From Conexivisphaerales archaeon (GTDB lineage Archaea > Thermoproteota > Nitrososphaeria > Conexivisphaerales > DTJL01): a DNA stretch of 64,000 bases. Position numbers and translations under genes: made by a program. The stretch covers positions 1 to 64,000 of the forward strand of contig JBEKZX010000001.1 in the NCBI GenBank assembly GCA_049509455.1, in the 5' to 3' direction. Below the pieces are notes generated by a model. That model ran no database searches and was not told the origin of the DNA. It saw only the letters and a list, made by a program, of their open reading frames with translations. Of this stretch, positions 18,925 to 28,887 are shown piece after piece (position 1 is the first letter of the stretch; each line of letters opens with the position of its first letter).

Positions 18925-19289
18925 GGGACATGAATCTGTCCAATTCGAAGATAAGGCTTTGCAGAACAGCGGCCACATGAAGCTTCACAATCAATGAATG
19001 GGTTCAAAATATGGCAGTCGAGATGGCAACAACGAATAGTCGGGAACGACGTTTTCCTCTGCGGACCGAACCTCCTACAACGCCTTCACTCCGGGCAGCG
19101 TGGGCTTCGAGGGCTCTCAGCGTATTCACCCATTGTGTCCGTCTGGGTTAGCTTCCTGGCTTCCAGGAAGTACGAGGTCGCCTGGCCGCCGACGTTCCTG
19201 TATGTCTACGTCAGGATATTCTTGGCAACGACGCTTGGAGGATATGTCGTCTACAGGTCGACCAAGAAGGTTGTGCGGTGAAGTATGGC

Positions 19290-21050
19290 CTAGCCTTTGA
19301 CCCCACCAGAGTATAGCCCTTTGAGAAGGTAACTCTGTGCTACGACGGAGAGGATTATGACCGGGATCGAAAGGATTATCCCAGAAGCACCCAGCTGGAC
19401 CCAGACATTGTTCGTGATGGTGCCACCCGTGCTGTCCGGGTCAAACATGATCGCAAAGGTTGTTACCGTCATTGACCCGGTCGGTGGGAAGGCGAACGAG
19501 AACGGCGTCTCGGAAAGGACCAGCGGGAAGAGAAGCAGATGCCAGGCGAATATGAAGGCTACCATGCCAGCGGCTATGAGGCCAGGCCTGGCGAGCGGCA
19601 TTACTATACGGAAGAATGCCCGTATCCGAGAGTACCCATCTACGAGCGCCGCTTCCTCGTAGTGCTTAGGCAGTGAGTTGTAGAAGTTCGTCATTGTCCA
19701 AGTTACGAATGGAATCGTGAAGAGAGGTTCCGTAAGGATCAGGGCCACCCACGTGTTGAGAAGGTACAGCCTGGAGATGATATAGAAGGCGCCAAAGACG
19801 AACGCTATGGACGGTATGGAAAAGATGTATATCATAATCCCCAAGAGCGCCTTTCTTCCGTCCCTCGCGATTGTGTAGGCGGCGGGGGCGGCTAAGGCTA
19901 TTGTCAGTAGTGTGACGGCCCCCGACACGGCCAAGGTGGTTACGATTTCCGGCCATGCCTGGCCGAAGGTAGAGACAAAGATGTCGGTGACTATCTTTGT
20001 CGGATATATGATGGGCGGCAGAAGATAGTCAAGCGACTGGGGCCTAAATGCGAGCAGGACCATCCAATAGATGGGGAAGAGGATGAATACAGATACAAGC
20101 GCGCAGACAATATAGATGGCGTACCTGAACGGCGCGTTTGGAAGATGCGGAAAGCTCATGCGCGGAAGACGCAGCTTAGGAAAGTGAAACCTGCTCCTTC
20201 CCCCACCTCCGCCCCCCAAAGTCACCCTGACAAGCAGGAGGCCCGGTATGCTCACCACTAGAGCTAGGAACATGGCGGCCGCGAGCCCCTGGGAGGCAAG
20301 GCCCTCGTAGAACATTTCCGCATAGGCAAACACTACGAGTGTGGCCATCGTCACGGGAGGGACTCCGCCTGCGCCGCTCAGGATAAACGGAAGATCGAAG
20401 TCCCCGAAGGCAAGTATCATGGTCATGAGAAAAGCCGTTATAATCGCCCCCTTCGCCAGCGGCAGGGCTACGGAAGAGTAATAGTCCCACATCCCCATCC
20501 CGTCCACCGACGAAGCCTCCTTCACCTGCTTCGGGACGGAAGTCAGCCCTGCAAGGATTATGAGAAATGCGAGCGGTATGGTGGCCCAGACGCCAACCAT
20601 GGTGAGCGAATATATCTGCAAGGATGGACTGAGCCAATTTATCTGAGGCAATCCGATGGCCTTAAGCAGCGGGTCAATGGGCCCGTACCCCGGGTTCAAG
20701 AGCGTCGCCCAGATAAGGGCGCTCGCGGTGAACGGAATCATATATGGCAGGTAGGCTATCAAGGAGAGGGCTCGCCTTGCATGTGTCCTGCTGTCAACCA
20801 GTATGGCGAACGCTGTGCCTATCAGGACCGCGAAAACGGCGCTTCCAACGGAGAAGAAGAGGGTATTATACAGAACCCTTGGAAAATCGGTCAGCTCAAA
20901 CAGCCTGACGTAGGATGTGAGGTCACTGCTTGGTGCCGACAGGCTGATGGAGATGACTAGCGGAAGGAGGGCGAATAAGATGAGATATGCGACGGCCGGG
21001 ATGTAGAATATCCTTTTAGATAGTATGTCTCTAATGCTCGGCAAGTTCAA
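19290..21050 (-). CDS. Carbohydrate ABC transporter permease with both membrane subunits fused (MalF+MalG-like)
   Basis: Two EAA loops (EASSVDG and EAALVDG) joined by a Gly/Pro/Arg linker in one 586-aa frame. Confidence 0.92.
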   Translation of the reverse strand: MNLPSIRDILSKRIFYIPAVAYLILFALLPLVISISLSAPSSDLTSYVRLFELTDFPRVLYNTLFFSVGSAVFAVLIGTAFAILVDSRTHARRALSLIAYLPYMIPFTASALIWATLLNPGYGPIDPLLKAIGLPQINWLSPSLQIYSLTMVGVWATIPLAFLIILAGLTSVPKQVKEASSVDGMGMWDYYSSVALPLAKGAIITAFLMTMILAFGDFDLPFILSGAGGVPPVTMATLVVFAYAEMFYEGLASQGLAAAMFLALVVSIPGLLLVRVTLGGGGGGRSRFHFPKLRLPRMSFPHLPNAPFRYAIYIVCALVSVFILFPIYWMVLLAFRPQSLDYLLPPIIYPTKIVTDIFVSTFGQAWPEIVTTLAVSGAVTLLTIALAAPAAYTIARDGRKALLGIMIYIFSIPSIAFVFGAFYIISRLYLLNTWVALILTEPLFTIPFVTWTMTNFYNSLPKHYEEAALVDGYSRIRAFFRIVMPLARPGLIAAGMVAFIFAWHLLLFPLVLSETPFSFAFPPTGSMTVTTFAIMFDPDSTGGTITNNVWVQLGASGIILSIPVIILSVVAQSYLLKGLYSGGVKG

Positions 21051-22114
21051 CCGGCCCCCTTGCCGAGGATGTGTGTGCCGCCCTGTTGCACATCAAATCG
21101 GACCTTCTGTCCTACCCTAAGGGAGCTCGCGTCAAACACGATCGACCTGAACTCTGCCTCCGCGACCTTGAGGTAGACTATGGTCTCCCTGCCGGCGTAC
21201 TCGAAAGCCGTTATCGTAGCCTCGTTCGCTCCTGATCCTATCACTATGCTTTCTGGCCTTATGCCTACCCGAATTTCGCCATCGGCTACACCATCAAGGC
21301 GCAGGGCGATGGGAGAGGAAACGCCCTTGCTGACCCTGACGTTCAACACATTGAGCGGGGGACTCCCTATGAACGTCGCCGAGAACTCGTCAGAGGGAGA
21401 AGCATAGATCTCCTTTGGCGTGCCGACCTGATGTATCGTGCCGTTCCCCACTATAGCCACCCTGTCGGATATCGACAGCGCTTCAGACTGGTCGTGGGTC
21501 ACATAGATGGTCGTTATCCCGAACTCCCTCTGAACCTCCTTGAGGAACCTCCTGGCGGAGAACCTCAACTGGGCGTCTAGGTTTGAGAATGGCTCATCCA
21601 AAAGAAAGACGTCCGGGTGTTTGATGAGCGCCCTCGCCAGCGCTACCCTCTGCTGCTGCCCCCCGGAGATCTGGCCCGGCTTCCTTTGGAGCGTTTCACC
21701 TATGCCCAGACGCTCGGCCATCTCCGTCGCCTCCTTTATCGCATCACCCTTCTTCACGCCCTTAACAACAAGGGGGGACATTATGTTGTCTATCACCCTC
21801 TTGTTAGGATAGAGGGCGTAGTCTTGGAACACCATGCCTATGTTCCTTTTCGCTGGCCCGAGCTTGTCAATAACCTTGGAACCGATATAGACGTGACCAG
21901 AGTCCTGCACCTCCAGCCCTGCTATAATCCTGAGAATCGTCGTCTTCCCGGACCCCGAGGGTCCTACTAGAGAAAAAAGTTCGCTTTTCCCGATTTGGAG
22001 ATTTATATGACTGAAGACGGAGAACCTGCCGAACTGCTTCGATATTTCCTCTAACCTGACGGTAGTCCCTTGACCCTCGGCAGATGAATCAGAAAAAGAA
22101 GTAGAGTGAGACAT
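21047..22114 (-). CDS. Carbohydrate ABC transporter ATP-binding subunit (MalK-like)
   Basis: GPSGSGKT, ISGGQQQR, DEPFSNLD, C-terminal TOBE-like region. Confidence 0.95.
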   Translation of the reverse strand: MSHSTSFSDSSAEGQGTTVRLEEISKQFGRFSVFSHINLQIGKSELFSLVGPSGSGKTTILRIIAGLEVQDSGHVYIGSKVIDKLGPAKRNIGMVFQDYALYPNKRVIDNIMSPLVVKGVKKGDAIKEATEMAERLGIGETLQRKPGQISGGQQQRVALARALIKHPDVFLLDEPFSNLDAQLRFSARRFLKEVQREFGITTIYVTHDQSEALSISDRVAIVGNGTIHQVGTPKEIYASPSDEFSATFIGSPPLNVLNVRVSKGVSSPIALRLDGVADGEIRVGIRPESIVIGSGANEATITAFEYAGRETIVYLKVAEAEFRSIVFDASSLRVGQKVRFDVQQGGTHILGKGAG

Positions 22115-22119
22115 TCAAT

Positions 22120-23535
22120 TCAGCCTACGTCATTAACCCAAGCAGATGCGGCTGTATTGAGCGCCTGCTGTGCAGCCGTTGAACTGTTAGTCGTACCTGT
22201 AATGAACGCGTATATTGGTGCGTTGAAAGCGGGGATTAGCGTTGAAGATGTTATTGCGAGGTTCGGACAATTGGCCCACCCGACGGCAGCCGTATTGAAT
22301 ACCTCCTGTATTACATTCCTTACCGGCTGTGAAAGCGACGTGTTCGAGGTTAGCAACGCGGTTGCAGCGCGAGATATGGGAAACTCACCAGCATACTGGT
22401 AGATCAGGGCGTTGACACTTGGTGAAGTCAGATACTGGATAAATTCTCCGGCTAACCCCTGGTTCGCTGAGTATTGATTGATTGCATAGAAGTCGGTACC
22501 GGTCTCGGCGTAACCTCCGGGGCAATTGGCCACACCAATCGAGGCAGAGACGTTGCTCGAGGAAAGAAGTGTTGACGCGTCCGCGGTGAACATGAGCGCA
22601 CCTGCGGCTTCAGCGGATTGGAGCGGTGCGAAGACAGTTCCGTAGTTTACTACGGTGCCGGCGGGCTGCGGATCATATTGCATCAAATTGTACATCATCT
22701 GTAAGGCCTCAACCCCCGAGGTGCGGTTGAACGAAGGAGCCGGAATGTTGTTTGAACCGGTGAAGCCGTTGAACATGATGTTCCAGTTTGTAAGTCCGCC
22801 GTCCGGGTTGGTGCCACTAATTGAAGAGTCTGCCGCATAATAGTACCCAAAGATCGCTGGGTAAGTATCTATGATATCGTGAGATTCGGAGCCATCGACG
22901 ACTATGCCGTACTGCACGGTGTGGGTCTGGGTAACCAAGAAGTTGTCCGCGTCAAGTATCACCTGCCAGCTGGACCAGGGTGGGCTGAGGTTGAAGCCAT
23001 ATTCGCTTTTGAATTCCGCGTTCAGTGTAGGGTCATTAAACAGAGTGGTATTATAGAAGACCGTGAAGGTGGAGGAATCGTACGGTATGCCTATGAGCTC
23101 CTTTGTCCCGTTCGATTCCGCGTAGTACCCTCCGAAGTTGAGCTGCGGTGCTGGAATGTCGGTGGTGTTGATGGTGACTAACCCTGCCAAGTTTGATACA
23201 TACTTAGCGAAGCCTAGGGCGCTCGTGGAAGTGAACGTTATGATGTTATACGTTGGAGACTGGGCCTCTAATGAAGTCAACTCCGTGGTGGTATAGCTGC
23301 TGAATCCCTGGGCGATGATGTTGATCGTTACACCCGCATGCTTTGCATCAAAAGCGTTTGCTTCAGCCTGAAGCCAAGCATTAGAAGGGTCGGTGAACGT
23401 AATCAAGTTGAGGGTCACTTTCGGAGCCGGCTTGGTAGTCAAGGTGTATGCATATACGCCAATTCCTGCGACCACGATTATGACGATGACGATTATTGCG
23501 ATTACAGTTGTTCCAATAGCTCTTTTTTTAGTCAT
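22120..23535 (-). CDS. Carbohydrate ABC transporter substrate-binding protein
   Basis: N-terminus MTKKRA-IG plus a hydrophobic helix; family-1 SBP-like body with many N-x-S/T sites; heads the ABC operon. Confidence 0.88.
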   Translation of the reverse strand: MTKKRAIGTTVIAIIVIVIIVVAGIGVYAYTLTTKPAPKVTLNLITFTDPSNAWLQAEANAFDAKHAGVTINIIAQGFSSYTTTELTSLEAQSPTYNIITFTSTSALGFAKYVSNLAGLVTINTTDIPAPQLNFGGYYAESNGTKELIGIPYDSSTFTVFYNTTLFNDPTLNAEFKSEYGFNLSPPWSSWQVILDADNFLVTQTHTVQYGIVVDGSESHDIIDTYPAIFGYYYAADSSISGTNPDGGLTNWNIMFNGFTGSNNIPAPSFNRTSGVEALQMMYNLMQYDPQPAGTVVNYGTVFAPLQSAEAAGALMFTADASTLLSSSNVSASIGVANCPGGYAETGTDFYAINQYSANQGLAGEFIQYLTSPSVNALIYQYAGEFPISRAATALLTSNTSLSQPVRNVIQEVFNTAAVGWANCPNLAITSSTLIPAFNAPIYAFITGTTNSSTAAQQALNTAASAWVNDVG

Positions 23536-23692
23536 ATCCTCGACATCAGGAATGGTCAAGGTGGTATAATATGTTAGCGGTTGTCGGAGAATCTCTCACT
23601 GACCATCATAAATTTTCAGGGTCTAAGGGAACTAATAGAGTAAGCACATAACATAATAACCCTTATTGTCACATCACTTCCCGGTAGTTTCG

Positions 23693-24727
23693 ATGAGGTG
23701 GGTACCCTCCATCGCGGAGGCCACTGCAATTCTGGTGACCTTTCTCTGGTCGACATCTTACGTCTTGATCAAGCTGGGCCTGCCTAAGATTCCTCCTCTA
23801 GATTTCGCGGCCTACAGGTATAGCTTGGCATCGCTGGTGTTGTTGGTTGCCTCGTCAATCAAGAGGCCGAACACAGTAACGGCCAAATGGACCAAAGAGG
23901 ATGTCCTCTTGGTGGTTGTCCTTGGGCTTTTAGGCTACACGCTAGCCCAAGGGCTGCAGTTCGTCGGCCTGGACTACCTTCCTGCTGTCACAACCTCATT
24001 TCTGCAGAACTTCACGCCTGTCTTCGTTCTCTGCATCGCGTATCCACTGCTACGAGAGGCCCCCATACGCCTGCAGTACATAGGGTTGGGGGTGGCACTC
24101 GCAGGTTTGTTGGCCTTCTTCGCAGGTCAACCGCTGGAGGCTGAGGCGACAGGTGTCGTAGTCGTATTGCTAGGCAGCGTTGCATGGGCGGCTTACCTCG
24201 TCATCGTCAAAAAAGCTAAGGTCGCCGAGAAACTGGGCGCGCTGCGCTTCACGACATTGACGATGGGTGCAGGAAGCTTGATGCTTTTGGCAGCAGCCTT
24301 AGTCTCAGGGGGCGCGCCTTCCCTGGGCCTTGATGACTGGCTCATAATAGTGTGGCTCTCGCTTCTGAATACCGCTTTTGCCTTCTACCTGTGGAACGTG
24401 GCGTTGAAGACACTGAAGGCTTTCGAATTATCGATCCTGCAGAACACTATGCTAGTCCAGATAGCGCTGCTATCCTGGTACTTCCTGGGTGAGGAGATCA
24501 CGTTGAACATGGCCATCGGAATGGCGTTGATACTGGTCGGAAGCGGCATCGTGCAGGTTCCGGAATTCAGGCCAGCGCTCTTCCGACGGAAGGAGAAGTC
24601 GCTTTCTCTGGGTCCGGGCTCTCGCGTATCAGTCCTGAACGAATCATGCAGGCCTCACTGTGTGGGGAACGTCCCTCCAGTCCTAATAAAGTCTCGGCAT
24701 GCAGCCCTAGAACCAATCTTCAAGTGA
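23693..24727 (+). CDS. EamA/DMT family transporter
   Basis: Two EamA repeats, about 10 TM helices; unusually long non-hydrophobic C-terminal tail. Confidence 0.9.
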   Translation: MRWVPSIAEATAILVTFLWSTSYVLIKLGLPKIPPLDFAAYRYSLASLVLLVASSIKRPNTVTAKWTKEDVLLVVVLGLLGYTLAQGLQFVGLDYLPAVTTSFLQNFTPVFVLCIAYPLLREAPIRLQYIGLGVALAGLLAFFAGQPLEAEATGVVVVLLGSVAWAAYLVIVKKAKVAEKLGALRFTTLTMGAGSLMLLAAALVSGGAPSLGLDDWLIIVWLSLLNTAFAFYLWNVALKTLKAFELSILQNTMLVQIALLSWYFLGEEITLNMAIGMALILVGSGIVQVPEFRPALFRRKEKSLSLGPGSRVSVLNESCRPHCVGNVPPVLIKSRHAALEPIFK

Positions 24728-25003
24728 TTTCGTTTTGACGGCTTCGAGTTGCCCTCTGAGGCTGACCCCGAAGTCCCGTCTGTCGCTAAACCGTTCGTTC
24801 GCGGCCTGCAAGTGGCCTTCGAGGTAGGCTATTTGTTTCCAGTTCGTGCGAAAGTTCGTATTCAGCCTCTCGATCTCCTTCCTCAGCTGGAGAGGGGACA
24901 ACGAGCACCATTCTGATGCAGAGTTTCGGGCTGCGCTCTTTCCCTGATTCCTCATCTCTACCCACAGACGCCTCTCCCACGGTTCGAGCGCCCTCAGGCT
25001 CAC
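24707..25003 (-). CDS. Hypothetical protein, 98 aa, partly coiled-coil
   Basis: GTG start preceded by a GGTGA SD; helical amphipathic sequence. Confidence 0.6.
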   Translation of the reverse strand: MSLRALEPWERRLWVEMRNQGKSAARNSASEWCSLSPLQLRKEIERLNTNFRTNWKQIAYLEGHLQAANERFSDRRDFGVSLRGQLEAVKTKSLEDWF

Positions 25004-25009
25004 ACCAAT

Positions 25010-25201
25010 TCACCCTTCGTTCGTGGATTCGTGGAGGCCTGAGTCGGCAGCAAGAGATTCCGCTCCGGACGGGAATTCCTGCGTTCGGCTCTCTCCATCC
25101 AAACCCGCGTTCATTGTCTTCTCTGAGGGGAGGTGGGTCATATAGGACGAGCCGCACAACATGATACGCTCAGTATTGGTGAGTATTGCAACGTTGTCCA
25201 C
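25010..25201 (-). CDS. Possible small hypothetical protein, 63 aa
   Basis: Its stop overlaps the SD of the next gene; composition only weakly protein-like. Confidence 0.3.
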   Translation of the reverse strand: MDNVAILTNTERIMLCGSSYMTHLPSEKTMNAGLDGESRTQEFPSGAESLAADSGLHESTNEG

Positions 25202-25574
25202 CTAGCGTGCATCCGGCGCTCTTGGGGATAGAACCGGCACGCAGACCTGGCTGCTATGAAGCGGCCCAAGTTCACGCCCGAGCAGCTTGAAGAGGGCTTG
25301 ACTGACTCTTCGGTCGAGGGGACCGTTGAGGAGGAGTACTCCGGGCTCTAGGTACAAATGGTCAAGCCCGGAAGGCAGCGCAGATTGGGAGGCGGCCGAA
25401 CAAGGTCAAAGGGAAGGAAATCGTAGATCACAGGGCATATTCAGGTATGGCGTGAAACGGGTATGTGCATAATAGAAATATTTGATGATACTCCACTCTT
25501 TTCTTGATATCATGCGCCAATAATACGAACATTCTCATTCTATATCACCATTCTTCAGACTTGAACCCGTGATA

Positions 25575-25586
25575 GGTATTAATACC
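25575..25586. promoter_or_regulatory. Perfect 12-bp palindrome, candidate operator
   Basis: GGTATTAATACC inside an AT-rich intergenic stretch (about 25440-25690). Confidence 0.4.
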
Positions 25587-25686
25587 GCCCGGCCCGCCAT
25601 CCGTACCAACTGGCTAGCGGAAGTCCACAAAATAATCGGCCTGGAGGCTCGTGTAGATGATAGAACGCACATCACTATACCTATGC

Positions 25687-25950
25687 CTATCGCTTCTGAC
25701 GCCTGATCTCCTCCGACAGGTCCCTCAGGAGGAGAACGATCTCATCCAGCCTTGCGAGGATCCTGTCCCCCCTTAGCATAGCTTCGGCGACCTGGGGCAG
25801 CTGCTCAGGATATCTCCTTCTCGTGTAGTTCAGAAGTTGAATATCAAGGAGATTTCGGATGAACTGAGTGACCTCCTCCTTGTCCTTCAATTCCTTCTTC
25901 ATTTTCTCCTTCCCCTCCCACACAGTCGTGATCACGAACGTCCAACCCAC
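25687..25950 (-). CDS. Hypothetical protein, 87 aa
   Basis: GTG start 7 nt after the upstream gene's stop; helical, charged sequence. Confidence 0.7.
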   Translation of the reverse strand: MGWTFVITTVWEGKEKMKKELKDKEEVTQFIRNLLDIQLLNYTRRRYPEQLPQVAEAMLRGDRILARLDEIVLLLRDLSEEIRRQKR

Positions 25951-25956
25951 CTTCTC

Positions 25957-26382
25957 CTAGTCGCTCATTGGAGGGAGGACACGCACGACGGCGTCAAGCA
26001 TTTCAACAGGGGTTTCATAGTCCTTCTTAGCGATTTCCTGCAGTTTGTAGTAAGAATCCGGAAGGATCGTCTGTTTGGGCGGAAGCACGTCCGCTGGCGC
26101 CGTCTCCACGAGGGGCGTTTGGGGCACGCTGACGGCAGGCCTCTGCTGCTCTGCCTTCATCTGACCTCTCTTGACCGTGCGGGCGTAACGCTCTATGGTT
26201 GAGATGGGCAAGCCACCCATGAGCACACTGATCTCCGTGTAGGACCGGCCTTCCTTTCGATAATCGATTATTCTCTCCTTCTCCTCCTCGGTAAGCCTTC
26301 GTCTTCTCCTGACCACGCGTCTCCTCTCCGTCACCTCTCCGACGTCAGCATCCGCAGGGACATAGCGTAGGTATTGAGACAC
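25957..26382 (-). CDS. Helix-turn-helix DNA-binding protein
   Basis: LTEEEKERIIDYRKEGRSYTEISVLMGGLPISTIERY fits a tri-helical HTH; Arg-rich segment upstream. Confidence 0.75.
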   Translation of the reverse strand: MSQYLRYVPADADVGEVTERRRVVRRRRRLTEEEKERIIDYRKEGRSYTEISVLMGGLPISTIERYARTVKRGQMKAEQQRPAVSVPQTPLVETAPADVLPPKQTILPDSYYKLQEIAKKDYETPVEMLDAVVRVLPPMSD

Positions 26383-27034
26383 CTACATTGTTTACGCTTA
26401 CCGGCCAATCCTTTTACGATATCGCCTGGAACTACCTTTGGCGCTGCGACACCATGGTGTCTCCTCTGACGATGACAGATCAAAGTCGGTGGTCTCTATC
26501 AGGCATCTAAGCGAGCTCTCTTTTCCGGATGGCATATGAAAGGATGGATTGAGGGCCAGGTAGTTTAGAGTCAAACGCCCCAACCAAGGCTAACATGTCT
26601 AGTTCAGTATCACCGGCTCGCTCCCCCAGCGGCTTCAGGAGATGGGCGTCCCGCAGGATCCGCAGAACTTCGCCCTAGCCTTAAGGGGTTTCCCGCAGGC
26701 GGTGCAGAATGAGCGGCCTACAGGCTCCGTCGAAGGAGGTGCAAGGCGCGGAGGCGGACCCCAGTATCACCGCCACCTCCTCCGGCCTGAGAGGGGCTCC
26801 TTCCTAACAGGGATGTCCAGGGGAAGGAAGTCACGCTAGAAGGGGCCCATGGCCTAGACGTCCCTCCCCACCAGGCGCCCAACGATGCTGTCCCCACTCC
26901 ACACCCAGCTATCTTCCCTGCTCTCCTCGACGAGCTCCCGCTCGATGTCGGCCAGCTTCGCCGGCACCGACTGCACTTCGAGCGGTGCAAAGCCATGGAG
27001 AAACCGTTTAGAGGAGGCGCTCACTACGCAAGTA

Positions 27035-27550
27035 TTGGACTTGGTGGAGGACGTGGAGAAGCCCGGGGAACCGCGGTACCTCAGAGAGGTCGACGCCATT
27101 CTGGCCGGCCTAAAGAAGCTAGAGGGGCTCTACAGGGAGAGATTGAAGGCCAAGGACGTGGAGATTGTACGGCTTAGGGAAGCGGTCGGCCAGAGGGACC
27201 TCGAACTCGGGCGAATAGAGGAGGAGGTCGCCAAGCTAAAAGGCGAGCTGGCCGAGTCGCATGAGAAGGCGCAGCGGGCCGTGAGCGAAGTCGTTTCCAA
27301 GCTGCCCGAACGCGTCGTGGAGCTTCTGAAGGGAGGTTACAAGGTGAAATGTGGCAGGTGCGGCACCGATGTGACGGCAACGCTCGACGACGAGCAGGCG
27401 AGGCAGCTTCTCCTTGGCCAGCCTGTGCAGCTCCTCTGCTCGAATCCCGATTGCATCGATGAATTCCCGTGGGGGAGGGAACGGCACTCCAACCCGTTGA
27501 CCTTCGGGCTGATTCTCAGGCTGAAGCTCTTCACGCTGGGCTTGTTGTAG
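27035..27550 (+). CDS. Coiled-coil protein with C-terminal Zn ribbon
   Basis: Long heptad segment, then CGRC...CSNPDC. True start is probably a TTG/GTG at 27035-27053; the Ser-rich 5' part of the 26885 ORF looks non-coding. Confidence 0.75.
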   Translation: MDLVEDVEKPGEPRYLREVDAILAGLKKLEGLYRERLKAKDVEIVRLREAVGQRDLELGRIEEEVAKLKGELAESHEKAQRAVSEVVSKLPERVVELLKGGYKVKCGRCGTDVTATLDDEQARQLLLGQPVQLLCSNPDCIDEFPWGRERHSNPLTFGLILRLKLFTLGLL

Positions 27551-27720
27551 GCAGGCTTGCGAATCCTCGTTGAACTGGAGGCCGACATCATCGCGGAATA
27601 CGGAACCGGCTCCCTAACCCGACCCTCAGATCTGAACTACGCCTATGTGTGTCGACTCAGCAACTAGGAGGAAACAAAACGCTGTACTTTGTTAAGGGTG
27701 AATTTGACGAATAGAGTATC

Positions 27721-27975
27721 GTGGGGTGGCCATTTGAGGAGGCTAGTAGGTGGATCGAACGGGTCATCCATTCGAGCCTTGAGGCTCCGGACAAGATGAT
27801 TCAGGAGAAGAAAGTAGCCGGTGGACCCATCGCTGGCGTGAGAGTAGGTGTCTTCATAGTAGACGTCAAACAGCAGTTGCTCTCTGAGCTCAAGGGAATA
27901 GACGAGCTGCTGTGGAAGAGGGCTTGGGGCTACGACATATGCCGCCTGCGGCTCGCACTGGGTCACCCAATGTGA
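27721..27975 (+). CDS. Possible small hypothetical protein or gene fragment
   Basis: Central part (VGVFIVDVKQQLLSELKGIDELLWKRAWGY) has coding-like codon usage; the end overlaps the nitroreductase stop. Confidence 0.35.
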   Translation: MGWPFEEASRWIERVIHSSLEAPDKMIQEKKVAGGPIAGVRVGVFIVDVKQQLLSELKGIDELLWKRAWGYDICRLRLALGHPM

Positions 27976-28478
27976 TGGAAGAGGTCTTCAAGAGGGCGCC
28001 TGGAGGTCACCTCAGGTTCTTCTGCGGGGTAGCCTACGGGAAGTATTGCCACGGGGTGGAGCGACTTCGTAGCGAAGATTTCCGCGACTTGGTCATCATT
28101 GAACGCCCCCAGCCACACCGTCGACAGGCCGAGGTCCACGGCGGCTAGCATGGCGAACGTGGCGGCTATGGTGGCGTCCTGCACGGAGTAGAGCGCCTTC
28201 CCTCTTGAGCCATATCTGACCGATGACCGTTGAGGGTCGGCGAAGAACACCAGCAAGACGGGCGCTTGGATTACGAAGTCCTGATTAAACGCCGCCTTCG
28301 CCAGCGCCTTCTTCTTGACTTCGCTCTTCACGACGAACACTTCGTAGGCCTGGACGTTGCCCGCCGACGGTGCGGAGCTGATGGCATCCATTATCCGGTT
28401 CAGCTTCTCTTCCTCTATGCGCTTGGAGCTATACGCACGGATGGAGTGCCTCTTCTGGATGAGGTCGAAGAACTCCAA
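27963..28478 (-). CDS. Nitroreductase family protein
   Basis: RHSIRAY, APSAGNVQ, DLGLSTVW, PVGYPAE; TTG start at 28478. Confidence 0.93.
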   Translation of the reverse strand: MEFFDLIQKRHSIRAYSSKRIEEEKLNRIMDAISSAPSAGNVQAYEVFVVKSEVKKKALAKAAFNQDFVIQAPVLLVFFADPQRSSVRYGSRGKALYSVQDATIAATFAMLAAVDLGLSTVWLGAFNDDQVAEIFATKSLHPVAILPVGYPAEEPEVTSRRPLEDLFHHIG

Positions 28479-28742
28479 TGTCTCACTCGGGTTGCAGGGG
28501 TGGCTAAGCCAAGATAAGCTTTCTCTATGCGAGGTCCGGCAACACATATCACCACTGAACGGGAGCTAGAACACTGACTTGCGCCGTCCGGAGGAGCTCG
28601 ACCCGAGCTGCACAGACCAAGAGGCCTAGGAGGCCCTACCTCACGGGGGACTGCTGGCTGTCCCCTCGTCGACGCACCATCTTAGGCTCGTGACTCTGTG
28701 CCTCGGCTGGTGCCGTATCTTCAATAAGGCTCGATGACCGGT

Positions 28743-28778
28743 CGGCCCGAACCCCGCGAAGTGGTTGTTGGCGAAGAC
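28743..28778 (-). pseudogene. Relic of a second DUF72 gene (C-terminal motif only)
   Basis: Encodes VFANNHFAGFGP, 12/12 identical to the intact DUF72 gene (3367-3402); all 7 nucleotide differences are at third codon positions. Confidence 0.7.
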
Positions 28779-28887
28779 GCGAGCTCTCCATCCGTTTCCA
28801 GCTTGAAATCAAGGTGATAAAGCGAGGCCCGCCGCTCGCGCACAAGGAACCTATACGTGCAGTCACAGCGCACGGCCTCGGTTCATA

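Larger units (their letters stand above)
24707..27660. mobile_element. Candidate degraded integrated element (ORFan cluster)
   Basis: Run of short unrecognisable ORFs including an HTH protein and a coiled-coil/Zn-ribbon protein, plus an AT-rich spacer with a palindrome. No integrase or att repeat found, so this is tentative. Confidence 0.4.

Noticed and set aside
18994-19281. 95-aa plus-strand ORF between the HAD and permease genes
   Set aside because: Only the C-terminal half looks like a membrane protein; more likely a remnant or noise.
25256-25351. 31-aa ORF MKRPKFTPEQ resembling an IS3 OrfA start
   Set aside because: No transposase body or inverted repeats follow.
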